Of a DNA stretch of 64,000 nt, positions 53,330-61,939 are shown piece after piece. Source of the DNA: Alphaproteobacteria bacterium (GTDB lineage: Bacteria; Pseudomonadota; Alphaproteobacteria; SP197). The stretch is taken from contig OZ219920.1 in assembly GCA_964291415.2 (NCBI GenBank), positions 1,280,001 through 1,344,000 of the forward strand, read 5' to 3'. The position numbers were made by a program, and so were the translations under genes. Numbering within the stretch: the first letter of the stretch is position 1; each line of letters starts with the position of its first letter. The notes below the pieces were generated by a model. It worked only from the letters and a program-made list of their open reading frames with translations, was not told the origin of the DNA and did no database searches.

Positions 53330-54859
53330 ATGAGCCGGACCGACAACCAGCAGGCGGCGCGGTCGAGAAGCCGAAGATCGGCCAGCCCCCCGGCAAGCGC
53401 TCCCCGCAGGGACCGGGGCGGCCGGTTCTCGCCGCTCGATGACACGTCCCGCGACACGATCATCGACAGCGCGTTTTCCATTCTGGAAAGGATCGGCATG
53501 GCATCGGCTCCGGACTGGTTCATGCGGCTGGCGATCGACGATGGCGCCAGGCGGCACGGGGACGGGCGCATTCTCTTCCCCCGGCTGCGGGTCGAGAAGG
53601 CCGTGGCGCGGGCGGCGAAGAGCGTGACCGTGCCGGGCTTTGTGGAGGACCGGGGTATCGATGCGGGCAACGGTCTGGTCCATACCGGCACCGGCGGTGC
53701 CGCGATCGATGTGCTCGATGCCGCCACCGGATGCTATCGGGCCTCCACACTTCGTGATCTCCTTGCCATCATGCGGGTGGTGGATGCGTGTCCCAACGTG
53801 CATTACGGCATCCGCCCCCTGGTGGCGCGGGACATGACCGACACCTTCGAAATCGACATCAACACCGCCTATGCCTGCCTTGCCGGAACAGGCAAGCCCA
53901 TCGGCACGTCATTCGTTCATGCCGACCACGTCGCCCCGGTGGCATCCATGTTCGACTGCGCTCTTGGGGCCGAAGGCAGCTTTCGCCGGCACCCCTTCTG
54001 CATGGCGGTTGTGGTGCATGCGGTCTCGCCTCTTCGCTATGCACCCGATGGTGTCGACATCATGCGTGCCGCCATGGCCGAAGGCATGCCGCTGCAGACA
54101 TGTTCGGCGGGCCAGGCGGGCGCCACAAGCCCCGTCACACTGGCCGGCGCCCTCGCCCAGGGACTCGCCGAGACCCTCGCCGGCCTCATGGTGGTGGACC
54201 TCCTCAAGCCCGGCTATCCCGCCATCCACGCCTTCATGCCATTCATCTCCGATCTCAGAACCGGCGCCATGAGTGGTGGAGGCGGCGAATCGGCCATTGC
54301 GAATGCCGCGGCGGCCCAGCTCCTGCGCCATCTCCAGCTGCCGTCCACGGTTGCCGCCGGCATGACAGACTCCAAGGAGGCGGACGCCCAGGCCGGGTAT
54401 GAGAAGGCCTACACCATTGCCCTGGCGGCTCACGCGGGAGCAGACATGATCAACCTTTCCGTCGGCATGCTGGGATCCATCACGGTGGCCTCACCCGAGG
54501 CCCTGGTCATCGATGACGAAATGCTGGGGGCCATCCTGCGCTCCGTGCGCGGCGTTGACGTCACGCCGGACGCCATCGATCTTGACGGCATGAAGCGTGT
54601 TGTCCTCGGTGATGGCCACTATCTTGGCGAACCGCAGACACTGGCGCTCATGAAAAGCGAGTATGTCTATCCGTGCCTGGGTGACAGGCGCAGCGTTCAC
54701 GAGTGGGTGGAGTCCGGTCCGGTGTCAATCTGGGACAAGGCACGGTCCAGGGTCACCCGCATCGTCGACGCCCCGGCACCGGCTCACCTCGAGGCAGCGG
54801 CGGATCAGGCCATCCGCTCGCGCTTCCCCATCAGACTTTCGGCAACTGGAGACACGTAA
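53330..54859 (+). CDS. trimethylamine methyltransferase (MttB) family protein, non-pyrrolysine
   Basis: ILERIG, GTGGAA, SPLRY, GATSPVTLAG, SDLRTGA, DSKEADAQAGYE and HYLG. No internal TAG. Confidence 0.9.
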   Translation: MSRTDNQQAARSRSRRSASPPASAPRRDRGGRFSPLDDTSRDTIIDSAFSILERIGMASAPDWFMRLAIDDGARRHGDGRILFPRLRVEKAVARAAKSVTVPGFVEDRGIDAGNGLVHTGTGGAAIDVLDAATGCYRASTLRDLLAIMRVVDACPNVHYGIRPLVARDMTDTFEIDINTAYACLAGTGKPIGTSFVHADHVAPVASMFDCALGAEGSFRRHPFCMAVVVHAVSPLRYAPDGVDIMRAAMAEGMPLQTCSAGQAGATSPVTLAGALAQGLAETLAGLMVVDLLKPGYPAIHAFMPFISDLRTGAMSGGGGESAIANAAAAQLLRHLQLPSTVAAGMTDSKEADAQAGYEKAYTIALAAHAGADMINLSVGMLGSITVASPEALVIDDEMLGAILRSVRGVDVTPDAIDLDGMKRVVLGDGHYLGEPQTLALMKSEYVYPCLGDRRSVHEWVESGPVSIWDKARSRVTRIVDAPAPAHLEAAADQAIRSRFPIRLSATGDT

Positions 54860-55297
54860 ATGAACGTTTATCGCAGTATCGTCATCGAGGCCCCCATCGA
54901 CAGGACATGGGCAGCCGTCAGGGAATTCGACAGCGTGGGAGTGTGGAATCCGGCCGTCTCGTCCGCCCGCATGGAGACAGGAACATCGACCTCGGTCGGG
55001 TCGGTGCGGCATCTCGACGTTGTCGACGGCACCATCTTTCGCGAAACGCTGCTGGCGCATTCCGATGTCGACCATTTCTACACCTACGACATCATCGAGG
55101 GCCCTCTGCCCTGCACCGGTTATCTCTCGACCCACCGCTTCGTCCCCATTACGGAAGGCAACTGGACGCTTGGCATCTGGGAGGGAACATTCGACTGTGC
55201 CAGGGAGGATGAAGCGAAGCTGGAATCGATCGTCGGCGATCTCATCTACCGCGACGGGATGAAAGGGCTCGCCGCCTGGCTGATGGAAAACAGCTGA
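54860..55297 (+). CDS. SRPBCC / polyketide cyclase-like protein
   Basis: I.AP.DR.W..VR.F...WNP and GSVRHL...RETL motifs. Confidence 0.85.
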   Translation: MNVYRSIVIEAPIDRTWAAVREFDSVGVWNPAVSSARMETGTSTSVGSVRHLDVVDGTIFRETLLAHSDVDHFYTYDIIEGPLPCTGYLSTHRFVPITEGNWTLGIWEGTFDCAREDEAKLESIVGDLIYRDGMKGLAAWLMENS

Positions 55298-56002
55298 ATG
55301 ACCGACACTCTGGGCTATCGCTCGATCATCGGTGTGATGACACCGGCGATGAACACCGTCGTGCAGCCGGAACTCGAATCCCTGCGCCCACCTGGCGTGA
55401 CAAACCAGATGCAGAGATTCCGTCTGGGCGGCGAGAGGATTTCGGACGACCTCGACAGCGAGGCCGCCAGGTTGATGGACTGCAATCCGACAGCCCTGGC
55501 GATCGGCCTGACCACGGACGCCGGGCGAGGTGGCGTGACGAAACTCCAGGAGCGCTGCCGCGGTCTGGCTTCGTCGCTGGGAGTCCCGGTCTTCAATGCC
55601 TCATCCGCCTGTCACGAGGCCCTGCGGCGCCTCGATGCCAGCACGATCTCCATCGTCACACCCTTCAATGCCGCCACCAACGAGGCTGTCGCCGGCAATG
55701 CGGTGGATGCCGGGTTCACCGTGGCTGCGGTCGCCGGTACCGACGCTCCATCTCTGCCGGAGATCTGCGAGACGTCGCCGGAGGACATCGAGGCGGCCTT
55801 TCTCGAGGTCGCAGCCAGTGACTGCGATGCCATCCTCCAGGTGGGAACGGCTCTTCCGGTCTGTCACCTCCTCGCCTCCCTGGAGACACTGACCGGCAAA
55901 CCCGTGGTTGCCTGCAATGCGGCCCTCTACTGGCAGACCCTGCGGCATCTCGGGATCACGGACCCGATCGACGGCTTCGGTCAACTCCTGGCAGAACACT
56001 AG
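55298..56002 (+). CDS. maleate isomerase / arylmalonate decarboxylase (Asp/Glu racemase) family protein
   Basis: D.LGYR, P..NTVVQPE, TPF, AILQVGTAL and KPVVA.N.A..W motifs. Confidence 0.82.
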   Translation: MTDTLGYRSIIGVMTPAMNTVVQPELESLRPPGVTNQMQRFRLGGERISDDLDSEAARLMDCNPTALAIGLTTDAGRGGVTKLQERCRGLASSLGVPVFNASSACHEALRRLDASTISIVTPFNAATNEAVAGNAVDAGFTVAAVAGTDAPSLPEICETSPEDIEAAFLEVAASDCDAILQVGTALPVCHLLASLETLTGKPVVACNAALYWQTLRHLGITDPIDGFGQLLAEH

Positions 56003-56007
56003 AGACG

Positions 56008-58413
56008 ATGCGGAGAACGGCCAGGGTCGTTGTCATCGGCGGCGGCGCCGTCGGTGTTTCCTGCTTGTGGCACCTGGTCAGGGCCGGTGTCACCGAGTGC
56101 CTGCTGATCGAAAGGGACGAGCTCACATCCGGTTCCACATGGCATGCTGCGGGCAACATTCCGATCTATGCGACAAGCTGGCTCGGAATGCGTGCAGGGG
56201 CCTATGCCCGGCGTCTCTATGGCGATCTCGGAGAGGACGTCACTTATCACCATACCGGCGCCTTCTGGCCGGCGCACGGTGAGGATCGCATCGATCTGTT
56301 CCGGCATCTCGCCGGCCTGGCGATCTCGGCGGGCGTGGAACTCGTGATGATCACGCCTGGCGAGATGGAGGCGCTGCATCCTCACTACACAGCCGGACCG
56401 GACGTCATCGGCGGCATTCTCGATCCCGGTGAAGGGGACATCGATCCCTCCCAACTCACGCAGGCGCTCGCCGGACAGGCCCGCCAGGCCGGTGCTGCAA
56501 TCGAGCGGTTCACCCGGGTCACGGAGCTATCAGCCACGCGCAGCGGTGAATGGCGCGTGACGACCGACAAGGGTGACGTGATCGCCGACACCATCGTCAA
56601 TGCCGCCGGCTTCTACGGCGGAGCCGTGGCGCGCCTTGCCGGGCAGTCCATTCCGGTGGCGACACTCAAGCACCAGTACCTGGTCACCGAGCCCCTCCCC
56701 GCTCTCGGGGAATCACATGACGCCTTCCCCCTGGTGCGGGATCCCGATCTTGGGTTCTACCTGAGGCGCGAAGGCGACGGAATGCTGGTGGGTTCCTATG
56801 ATCATCCAGGCAGGCCTGCCTTCACCGACGGGCTGCCACGGGACTTTGCCCACCAGCTCTTCAACGAGTCGCCCGATGATATCGCCGTGGCCTTCGAAAA
56901 GGCGCTTGGTCATTTTCCGCTGCTTCGGGAGGCCGGAGTCCGGCGTTTCGTCAATGGCCCCATCGCCTACGCCCCGGATGCCCTGCCGCTGTGCGGTCCG
57001 GCCTATGGCCTGAGGAACTTCTTTCATGCCTGTGGCATCCAGATCGGCATCACCCATTCCGCCGCCGCCGGCAAGGCCATCGCGGAGTGGATCAGCGAAG
57101 GCGAAACCGAGTGGGACATGGCGGCCTGGGATCCCCGCCGCTTTGGCGACTGGGCCACGCAAGAGATGGCTGTCGAGAGAGCTGTCGAGGTCTACGGCCT
57201 GCAGTACGCCATCCCCTACCCCCGGCGCCTTCTCTCCTCATCGCGGCCCATGAGGACAACTCCCCTCTATCACTCCCTGGCTTCCAGGGGAGCGGTCTTC
57301 GGTGAAATCGGTGGCTGGGAGCGCGCCTTCTGGTTCGACACCGACGGCAGAAGGGACGATAAACGCTTGAGTTTCCGCGACTGTGAACCGTGGCGCGACG
57401 CGGTGCGGCGCGAGTGCCAGGGAGTCCGCGATCGTGTCGGCATCATGGACCACGGCGGTTTCTCCAAGTTCGAGGTCGAGGGACCGGATGCAACGCGCTA
57501 TCTGGAGCGGGTGTTCTGCGGGCGGATTCCGGGAGATCTCCGCACGCGCCTTGCCTACATGCTCACCCCGTCAGGCCGGATCTGGAGCGAAGCCACCATC
57601 ACCCGCCTTGACGAGAACCGCTATCTTCTGTGTGGCCCGACCCTGGCCGAGCAGCGTGACCACGACTGGTTGCGAGAAGCCCTTCCGGCGGGATGGCGTG
57701 TCACACTGCGACGCGGATATGCGCAGGACGCCACCCTCATGATCGCCGGGCCCCTGTCACGCGACCTTCTGGCAACCGTGACCGATGCCGATCTAGGGAA
57801 CGATGTCATGCCCTGGCTCAGCGCGGCCACCGTAACTGTCGCGGGATATGCGGCGACGGCCCTGCGTGTCTCCTATGCCGGCGAACTGGGCTGGGAACTT
57901 CATCTCGCTTCAGCCGATCTCCAGGCGGTCCATGACGCCTTGCGGCACTCCGGACGGGGCCTTGGTCTCATCGACTTCGGCTCATGGGCCCTTGATTCAC
58001 TGCGGCTCGAAAAGGGTTATCACGCCTGGGGTCTCGACATCGGGATCGAGTACACCCCGTTCGATGCCGGACTGGACCGCTTCATTGCCTTCAACAAGAC
58101 GGACTTCATGGGCTGCGATGCCGTGGCGCGACAGCGCCGGACCGGGCCCACCTGGCGATTCGCCGGATTCACCATAGACGACAGCGACGCGGACGCGCTG
58201 CCCGGTGATCCGATACTCCTCGATTCGGTGCCGGTTGGCTACGTGACATCGGCCGGCACCGGCTTTCGCATGATGAAACGCCTTGCCCTGGGTTATGTCA
58301 GGGCCAACACGCCACCGGGCGCCTGGTCCATCAGGATCCTCGGGAACGACTGTCCCGCGGCACCGTCGCCCCTACCCTTCTACGATCCCGACAACGCCCG
58401 CCTGAAAGCCTGA
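56008..58413 (+). CDS. dimethylglycine/sarcosine dehydrogenase-like FAD oxidoreductase with GcvT domain
   Basis: VVIGGG, ELTSGSTWHAAG, NGP..Y.PD, GWER..WF, RVSYAGELGWELH, SLRLEKGY and YDP.N.RL. Confidence 0.92.
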   Translation: MRRTARVVVIGGGAVGVSCLWHLVRAGVTECLLIERDELTSGSTWHAAGNIPIYATSWLGMRAGAYARRLYGDLGEDVTYHHTGAFWPAHGEDRIDLFRHLAGLAISAGVELVMITPGEMEALHPHYTAGPDVIGGILDPGEGDIDPSQLTQALAGQARQAGAAIERFTRVTELSATRSGEWRVTTDKGDVIADTIVNAAGFYGGAVARLAGQSIPVATLKHQYLVTEPLPALGESHDAFPLVRDPDLGFYLRREGDGMLVGSYDHPGRPAFTDGLPRDFAHQLFNESPDDIAVAFEKALGHFPLLREAGVRRFVNGPIAYAPDALPLCGPAYGLRNFFHACGIQIGITHSAAAGKAIAEWISEGETEWDMAAWDPRRFGDWATQEMAVERAVEVYGLQYAIPYPRRLLSSSRPMRTTPLYHSLASRGAVFGEIGGWERAFWFDTDGRRDDKRLSFRDCEPWRDAVRRECQGVRDRVGIMDHGGFSKFEVEGPDATRYLERVFCGRIPGDLRTRLAYMLTPSGRIWSEATITRLDENRYLLCGPTLAEQRDHDWLREALPAGWRVTLRRGYAQDATLMIAGPLSRDLLATVTDADLGNDVMPWLSAATVTVAGYAATALRVSYAGELGWELHLASADLQAVHDALRHSGRGLGLIDFGSWALDSLRLEKGYHAWGLDIGIEYTPFDAGLDRFIAFNKTDFMGCDAVARQRRTGPTWRFAGFTIDDSDADALPGDPILLDSVPVGYVTSAGTGFRMMKRLALGYVRANTPPGAWSIRILGNDCPAAPSPLPFYDPDNARLKA

Positions 58414-58415
58414 CA

Positions 58416-59288
58416 TCACCCCGTCATCGGGCCACGACGGATGGTTCGATAGATGGCGGAGATGTCGAGGTCACCATGCCCGGAGGCGTCGAAGCGTGCG
58501 AAACGCCGTGCGGCCTCGGCTCCGAAGGGGGTTGTCTGACCACAGATCGTGGCCGCCTGCTGGGCAAGGGAAAGATCCTTGGCCATCAGCCGTGCGGCAA
58601 ACCCCGGGGCGTAGCCATGGGTTGCCGGCGCATCGGGCATCAGACCGGGTACCGGACAGCGGTTGTCCAGAATCCAGCTCTGCGCCGCGGCTCCGCGGCA
58701 CAGCTCGTGGAACTTCCCGGCATCGAGATCGAGGGACTCCGCCAGCGCGAAGGCCTCGCACACACCAAGCATGGTGATGCCGCAGATCATGTTGTGGCAG
58801 GCCTTGGCGGCCTGGCCCGACCCGGTCTCACCGAAATGAATGACCCGCTTTCCCATGATGTCGAGCAGGGGCCGGACTCGGGCGACATGGTCCGGCGCTC
58901 CGCCAACCATGAAACTCAGGGTTCCGTTCGCGGCGCCTTCGGGGCCACCCGACATTGGCGCGTCGACAAAGCCGCAATCCGCCCCATCGGCCATGATGGC
59001 AAGGCGGCGCGTGGCAGCAACGTCGATGGAAGAACAGTCGAGGAAGATTCGTCCCTCTCTCTGCCCGTGAAGAGCTTCGACAACGCTCGTGACACTCTCG
59101 CCGTCCGGCAGCACGGTGATCACGGTGTCCGCTTCAAGCGCTGTCTCCTCGAGGGATGCTGTGTCCAGTGCCCTTCTCACGTCGGCATCGGTGTCCCAGC
59201 CAGCGACGCTGCATCCCGCTGCAGCCAGGCGCCGGATCATCGGCCGACCCATGGTGCCCAGCCCGACCAAACAGATCTGTCCCGACAT
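58416..59288 (-). CDS. mmsB: 3-hydroxyisobutyrate dehydrogenase family protein
   Basis: GLGTMG.PM, DAPMSGG, L.FMVGG, GQAAKACHNM, CPVPG and LMAKDL motifs. Confidence 0.85.
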   Translation of the reverse strand: MSGQICLVGLGTMGRPMIRRLAAAGCSVAGWDTDADVRRALDTASLEETALEADTVITVLPDGESVTSVVEALHGQREGRIFLDCSSIDVAATRRLAIMADGADCGFVDAPMSGGPEGAANGTLSFMVGGAPDHVARVRPLLDIMGKRVIHFGETGSGQAAKACHNMICGITMLGVCEAFALAESLDLDAGKFHELCRGAAAQSWILDNRCPVPGLMPDAPATHGYAPGFAARLMAKDLSLAQQAATICGQTTPFGAEAARRFARFDASGHGDLDISAIYRTIRRGPMTG

Positions 59289-59330
59289 GACACTCCTCCT
59301 TCGTTCATGCAACCACGCTCATCCGGCCGG

Positions 59331-59545
59331 CATGCGCGGCGAGCTGACACGCATTATCCTCATTCTCACACGGGCAGCATTCCGTAGCCGAGACCATGCT
59401 GGTGGAGGTAAAGAAGCGCGTTGCGCTGACGTTCCGGATCCCTTTCTTCCCCATTGTGGTCATCCTGTCGGGCCGGTGTGTCGGCGGCTCGCAGCTGGCG
59501 GGTTGAAGAACAGCTCTTGTCGACCTGTCCTGGATTCTCCAAATG
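59331..59545 (+). pseudogene. probable decayed type I RM hsdM fragment (left of the tnpB element)
   Basis: Translates RGELT...RDHAGGGKEARCADVPD and, in another frame, PGFSK. Resembles the HsdM RELT..I..TYHAWRG...YADVPGFCK segment (recalled consensus). Confidence 0.45.
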
Positions 59546-59553
59546 AATGCATG

Positions 59554-59578
59554 GGGAATTGTATACGAAACTTGACAG
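59554..59578 (+). repeat. left terminal inverted repeat
   Basis: Imperfect inverted copy at 60858-60882. Confidence 0.75.
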
Positions 59579-59614
59579 AATAGACTTGACATCCAATGGT
59601 GTTATCGATATGAA
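59572..59614 (+). promoter_or_regulatory. candidate tnpB promoter(s)
   Basis: Two TTGACA hexamers (59572, 59586) with AT-rich -10-like hexamers 17 bp downstream (AATGGT, TATGAA). GGAG RBS before ATG 59656. Confidence 0.45.
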
Positions 59615-59655
59615 TTCGTGTCGTAAATCAGTGTTCGCAACACCGGAGTCCCCGC

Positions 59656-60855
59656 ATGTCGTCCTCTGTCGCCTATCGACAGATCACCTTTCGCCTGCTG
59701 CCCGAGAAACGCAGCACCTGGCGGCGGCTGGAGGCCATGCTCGACACGCAGCGCTGTCTCTACAACGCGGCGCTGGAAGAACGGATCGACTGCTACCGGA
59801 AGACCGGCAAGTCACTCACCTACTTCGATCAGGCGAAGTCCCTGACCGTGTGCCGCGAGGCGCTGCCGGACATGGCGGCGGTGCCGGTGGCCATTCAGCG
59901 CGGGACGCTCAAGCGCCTCGATCATGCCTTCAAGGGCTTCTTCCGGCGGGTGAAGCAGGGTGGGGCCGGGTTCCCCCGGTTCCAGGGACGCCGGCACTTC
60001 AACAGCCTTTCCGTGGTCTCCGGCGTCAGGGTCGAGGGCAGTCGCCTGCGCATCCCCGGCCTGGGCTGGCTGACCATCCGCCGCCGGGGCGGCAATCCCT
60101 GGCCGCAGGGCACGCCGGTGAGTGCGGTCCTCAAGCGCGAGGAGGGACGCTGGAAGGCTGTGGTATGCCATGCGGTGTCGCTGCCGGAATCCGACGACAA
60201 CGGCCATGCCGTCGGCGTGGACGTGAATGCGGGCCAGGTGGCGACCTCGGACGGGGAGATCCTGCGCCTGGAGAGGAGCCGGCGTCTCGAGGCCCGTGCC
60301 CGGCGCTGCGCCAAGCAACTGGCGCGGCAGCGCCGTGGCAGCAGGCGGCGGGAGAAGACGCGGCGGCGTCTGGCGAAGACCACCCGGCACATGGCCATGA
60401 AGCGCCATGACTGGCAGCACCACGTCAGTCGCCGGCTCAGTGAGACGGCCGGGACGGTGGTGGTCGAGGATCTGAAGGTCCGCACCATGACCCGCAGCGC
60501 CAGGGGCACGAAGGAGGAGCCGGGACGTCACGTGCGCTCCAAGGCGGGTCTCAACCGCGTCATCCTGGAGACGGGCTGGTCGTCGTTCCGGAGAATGCTG
60601 GACTACAAGGTTCACCGCGTCATCGCGGTGAACCCGGCCTACAGCAGCCAGACCTGTGCAGCGTGCGGCGTCACGAGCGCCCAATCACGCAGGACGCGGG
60701 ACCTGTTTCAATGCGTGGCGTGCGGCCATGCGGATCACGCCGACCTCAATGCAGCGGCGAACATCCTGGCCTCGGGGACTGAGGCATCTGCGCGGGGAGG
60801 TTGCCGGGTTGCCGGGCCTGTGAACCGCGAAATCGATCGGAGGATGGCAGCATGA
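59656..60855 (+). CDS. tnpB: RNA-guided endonuclease TnpB (IS200/IS605 OrfB family), catalytic residues intact
   Basis: R.LYN.AL, GFPRF, RuvC-I VGVDVN, RuvC-II VVVEDL, VNPAYSSQ.C..CG, C..CG and RuvC-III HADLNAA.NI. Confidence 0.95.
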   Translation: MSSSVAYRQITFRLLPEKRSTWRRLEAMLDTQRCLYNAALEERIDCYRKTGKSLTYFDQAKSLTVCREALPDMAAVPVAIQRGTLKRLDHAFKGFFRRVKQGGAGFPRFQGRRHFNSLSVVSGVRVEGSRLRIPGLGWLTIRRRGGNPWPQGTPVSAVLKREEGRWKAVVCHAVSLPESDDNGHAVGVDVNAGQVATSDGEILRLERSRRLEARARRCAKQLARQRRGSRRREKTRRRLAKTTRHMAMKRHDWQHHVSRRLSETAGTVVVEDLKVRTMTRSARGTKEEPGRHVRSKAGLNRVILETGWSSFRRMLDYKVHRVIAVNPAYSSQTCAACGVTSAQSRRTRDLFQCVACGHADHADLNAAANILASGTEASARGGCRVAGPVNREIDRRMAA

Positions 60856-60900
60856 CGCTGTCAACTTCTCGATATAAGTCCCCATGAATAATCAGGGCTG
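60765..60900 (+). ncRNA. predicted omegaRNA (reRNA) overlapping the tnpB 3' end, guide in the right flank
   Basis: Hairpin GCCTC-GGGGACT-GAGGC whose loop is complementary to the terminal AGTCCCC, a CGCGG/CCGCG stem, and a long stem ATCGA..GGCAGC/GCTGTC..TCGAT. Boundaries approximate. Confidence 0.65.
60858..60882 (-). repeat. right terminal inverted repeat
   Basis: Inverted copy of 59554-59578. Confidence 0.75.
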
Positions 60901-61081
60901 CGTGCTAACGTTGGGCTGCCATGCTGGCGCGGCTCCTGTGGAGGACGACGACGAGCCGTTCGAGGACAAGACGCTATGCCTCGTCAAGCAATTGCGTGAA
61001 CAGCAGGCCGAAGGCTCGCGGCTGTACCGGACTATCGAAGCGAGTCTCGAGGTGCTGGGGTTCGGGAGTGGCGGATCGTGA
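60884..61081 (+). pseudogene. type I RM methyltransferase HsdM C-terminal remnant
   Basis: VLTLGCHAG....DDDEPFEDK...L..QLREQQAEG.RL...I..SL..LGF matches the HsdM tail VLTPGRYVG...DDGEPFEEKM..L...EQ.AE..RLD..I..NL..LG. Confidence 0.75.
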
Positions 61082-61503
61082 CTATCGACACAACATTCCT
61101 GCGACGCTGCATCGGCGTGCTGGAGTGTGCCTCGGAGGAAATCTGTGCACACGACGAGTCGGACGACTTCGTCTACGACATCTATCGCGCGGCCTGCGTC
61201 AAGGAGTTCGAGCTGGTTCTGGAGCAGAGTGGCAAGCTGCTGCGCAAACGACTCGCGGCTTACTTCGCCAGCAATCGGCGGGCGGACCGTCTGACATTCA
61301 GGGATCTCTTCCGTCATGCCGGGAAACACGGCTTGATGGAACCGGAAGCGGTCGAACGCTGGTTCCACTACCGCGACAACCGAAACGATACCGCGCATGA
61401 CTACGGCAAGGACTTCGCCGAAGCGACGCTCAAGCTGTTGCCTGCGTTCATCGCCGACGCGAAGGCGCTGGCCGACGCGATCGAGGCGGGAAACGATGGC
61501 TGA
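61078..61503 (+). CDS. HEPN domain nucleotidyltransferase substrate-binding protein (HI0074 family), putative toxin
   Basis: YRAACVKEFEL.LEQSGKLL, F.DLFR.A and W..YRDNRNDTAHDYG (RX4H plus Y). Confidence 0.88.
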   Translation: MTIDTTFLRRCIGVLECASEEICAHDESDDFVYDIYRAACVKEFELVLEQSGKLLRKRLAAYFASNRRADRLTFRDLFRHAGKHGLMEPEAVERWFHYRDNRNDTAHDYGKDFAEATLKLLPAFIADAKALADAIEAGNDG

Positions 61504-61825
61504 TCGGCTGCATCTGAAACCGGAGCATCGCCGTACCCTTGAGGCGCTGTTGCAGAAGCACCTGCCCAAGACCGAAGTCTGGGCCTACGGCAGTCGCGTG
61601 GACGGTCGGAGCCACGATGGCAGCGATCTCGATCTCGTTCTGCGCGGCCCGGGCCTGAAGGAGATTCCGATCCTTCAGCTCGGAGACTTCGAGGATGCTG
61701 TGCGGGAATCGAGCATCCCCTTCCTGGTCGAGGCCCGCGACTGGGCCCGTCTGCCAGAGCGGTTTCATCGGGAGATCGAGCGCAATCATGAGGTGTTCTA
61801 TCAACACAATGAACAAGGCAAATAG
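61496..61825 (+). CDS. minimal nucleotidyltransferase (MNT), putative antitoxin
   Basis: VWAYGSRV.G.SH.GSDLDL, S.IPF.V...DW and F..EI. Overlaps the HEPN stop. Confidence 0.9.
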   Translation: MADRLHLKPEHRRTLEALLQKHLPKTEVWAYGSRVDGRSHDGSDLDLVLRGPGLKEIPILQLGDFEDAVRESSIPFLVEARDWARLPERFHREIERNHEVFYQHNEQGK

Positions 61826-61939
61826 GTTGAAATTTCGCCAGACGACATGTGTGGTCGGGTAGGCACTGGCGCGAGCGTGCGCGGGTGGAGGCCTGTTTGG
61901 TCCTGCTCTTTCGATTGCAGGTGGATTCACAGTCCCACG

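Larger units (their letters stand above)
59554..60882 (+). mobile_element. non-autonomous tnpB element bounded by 25-bp terminal inverted repeats, CATG on both flanks
   Basis: Left GGGAATTGTATACGAAACTTGACAG versus reverse complement of right GGGACTTATATCGAGAAGTTGACAG (18/25 ungapped). CATG at 59550-59553 and 60883-60886. Only tnpB lies inside. Confidence 0.75.

Noticed and set aside
59656-60855. Cas12f/CRISPR system or nuclease-dead TnpB repressor (TldR)
   Set aside because: No repeat-spacer array was seen anywhere in the window, and all three RuvC acidic residues are present.
60865-60886. Guide starting after TCAA and targeting the element's own left end/promoter
   Set aside because: Mismatches fall in what would be the seed, and the stem and pseudoknot pairing suggest these bases are scaffold. 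Kept only as an alternative hypothesis.
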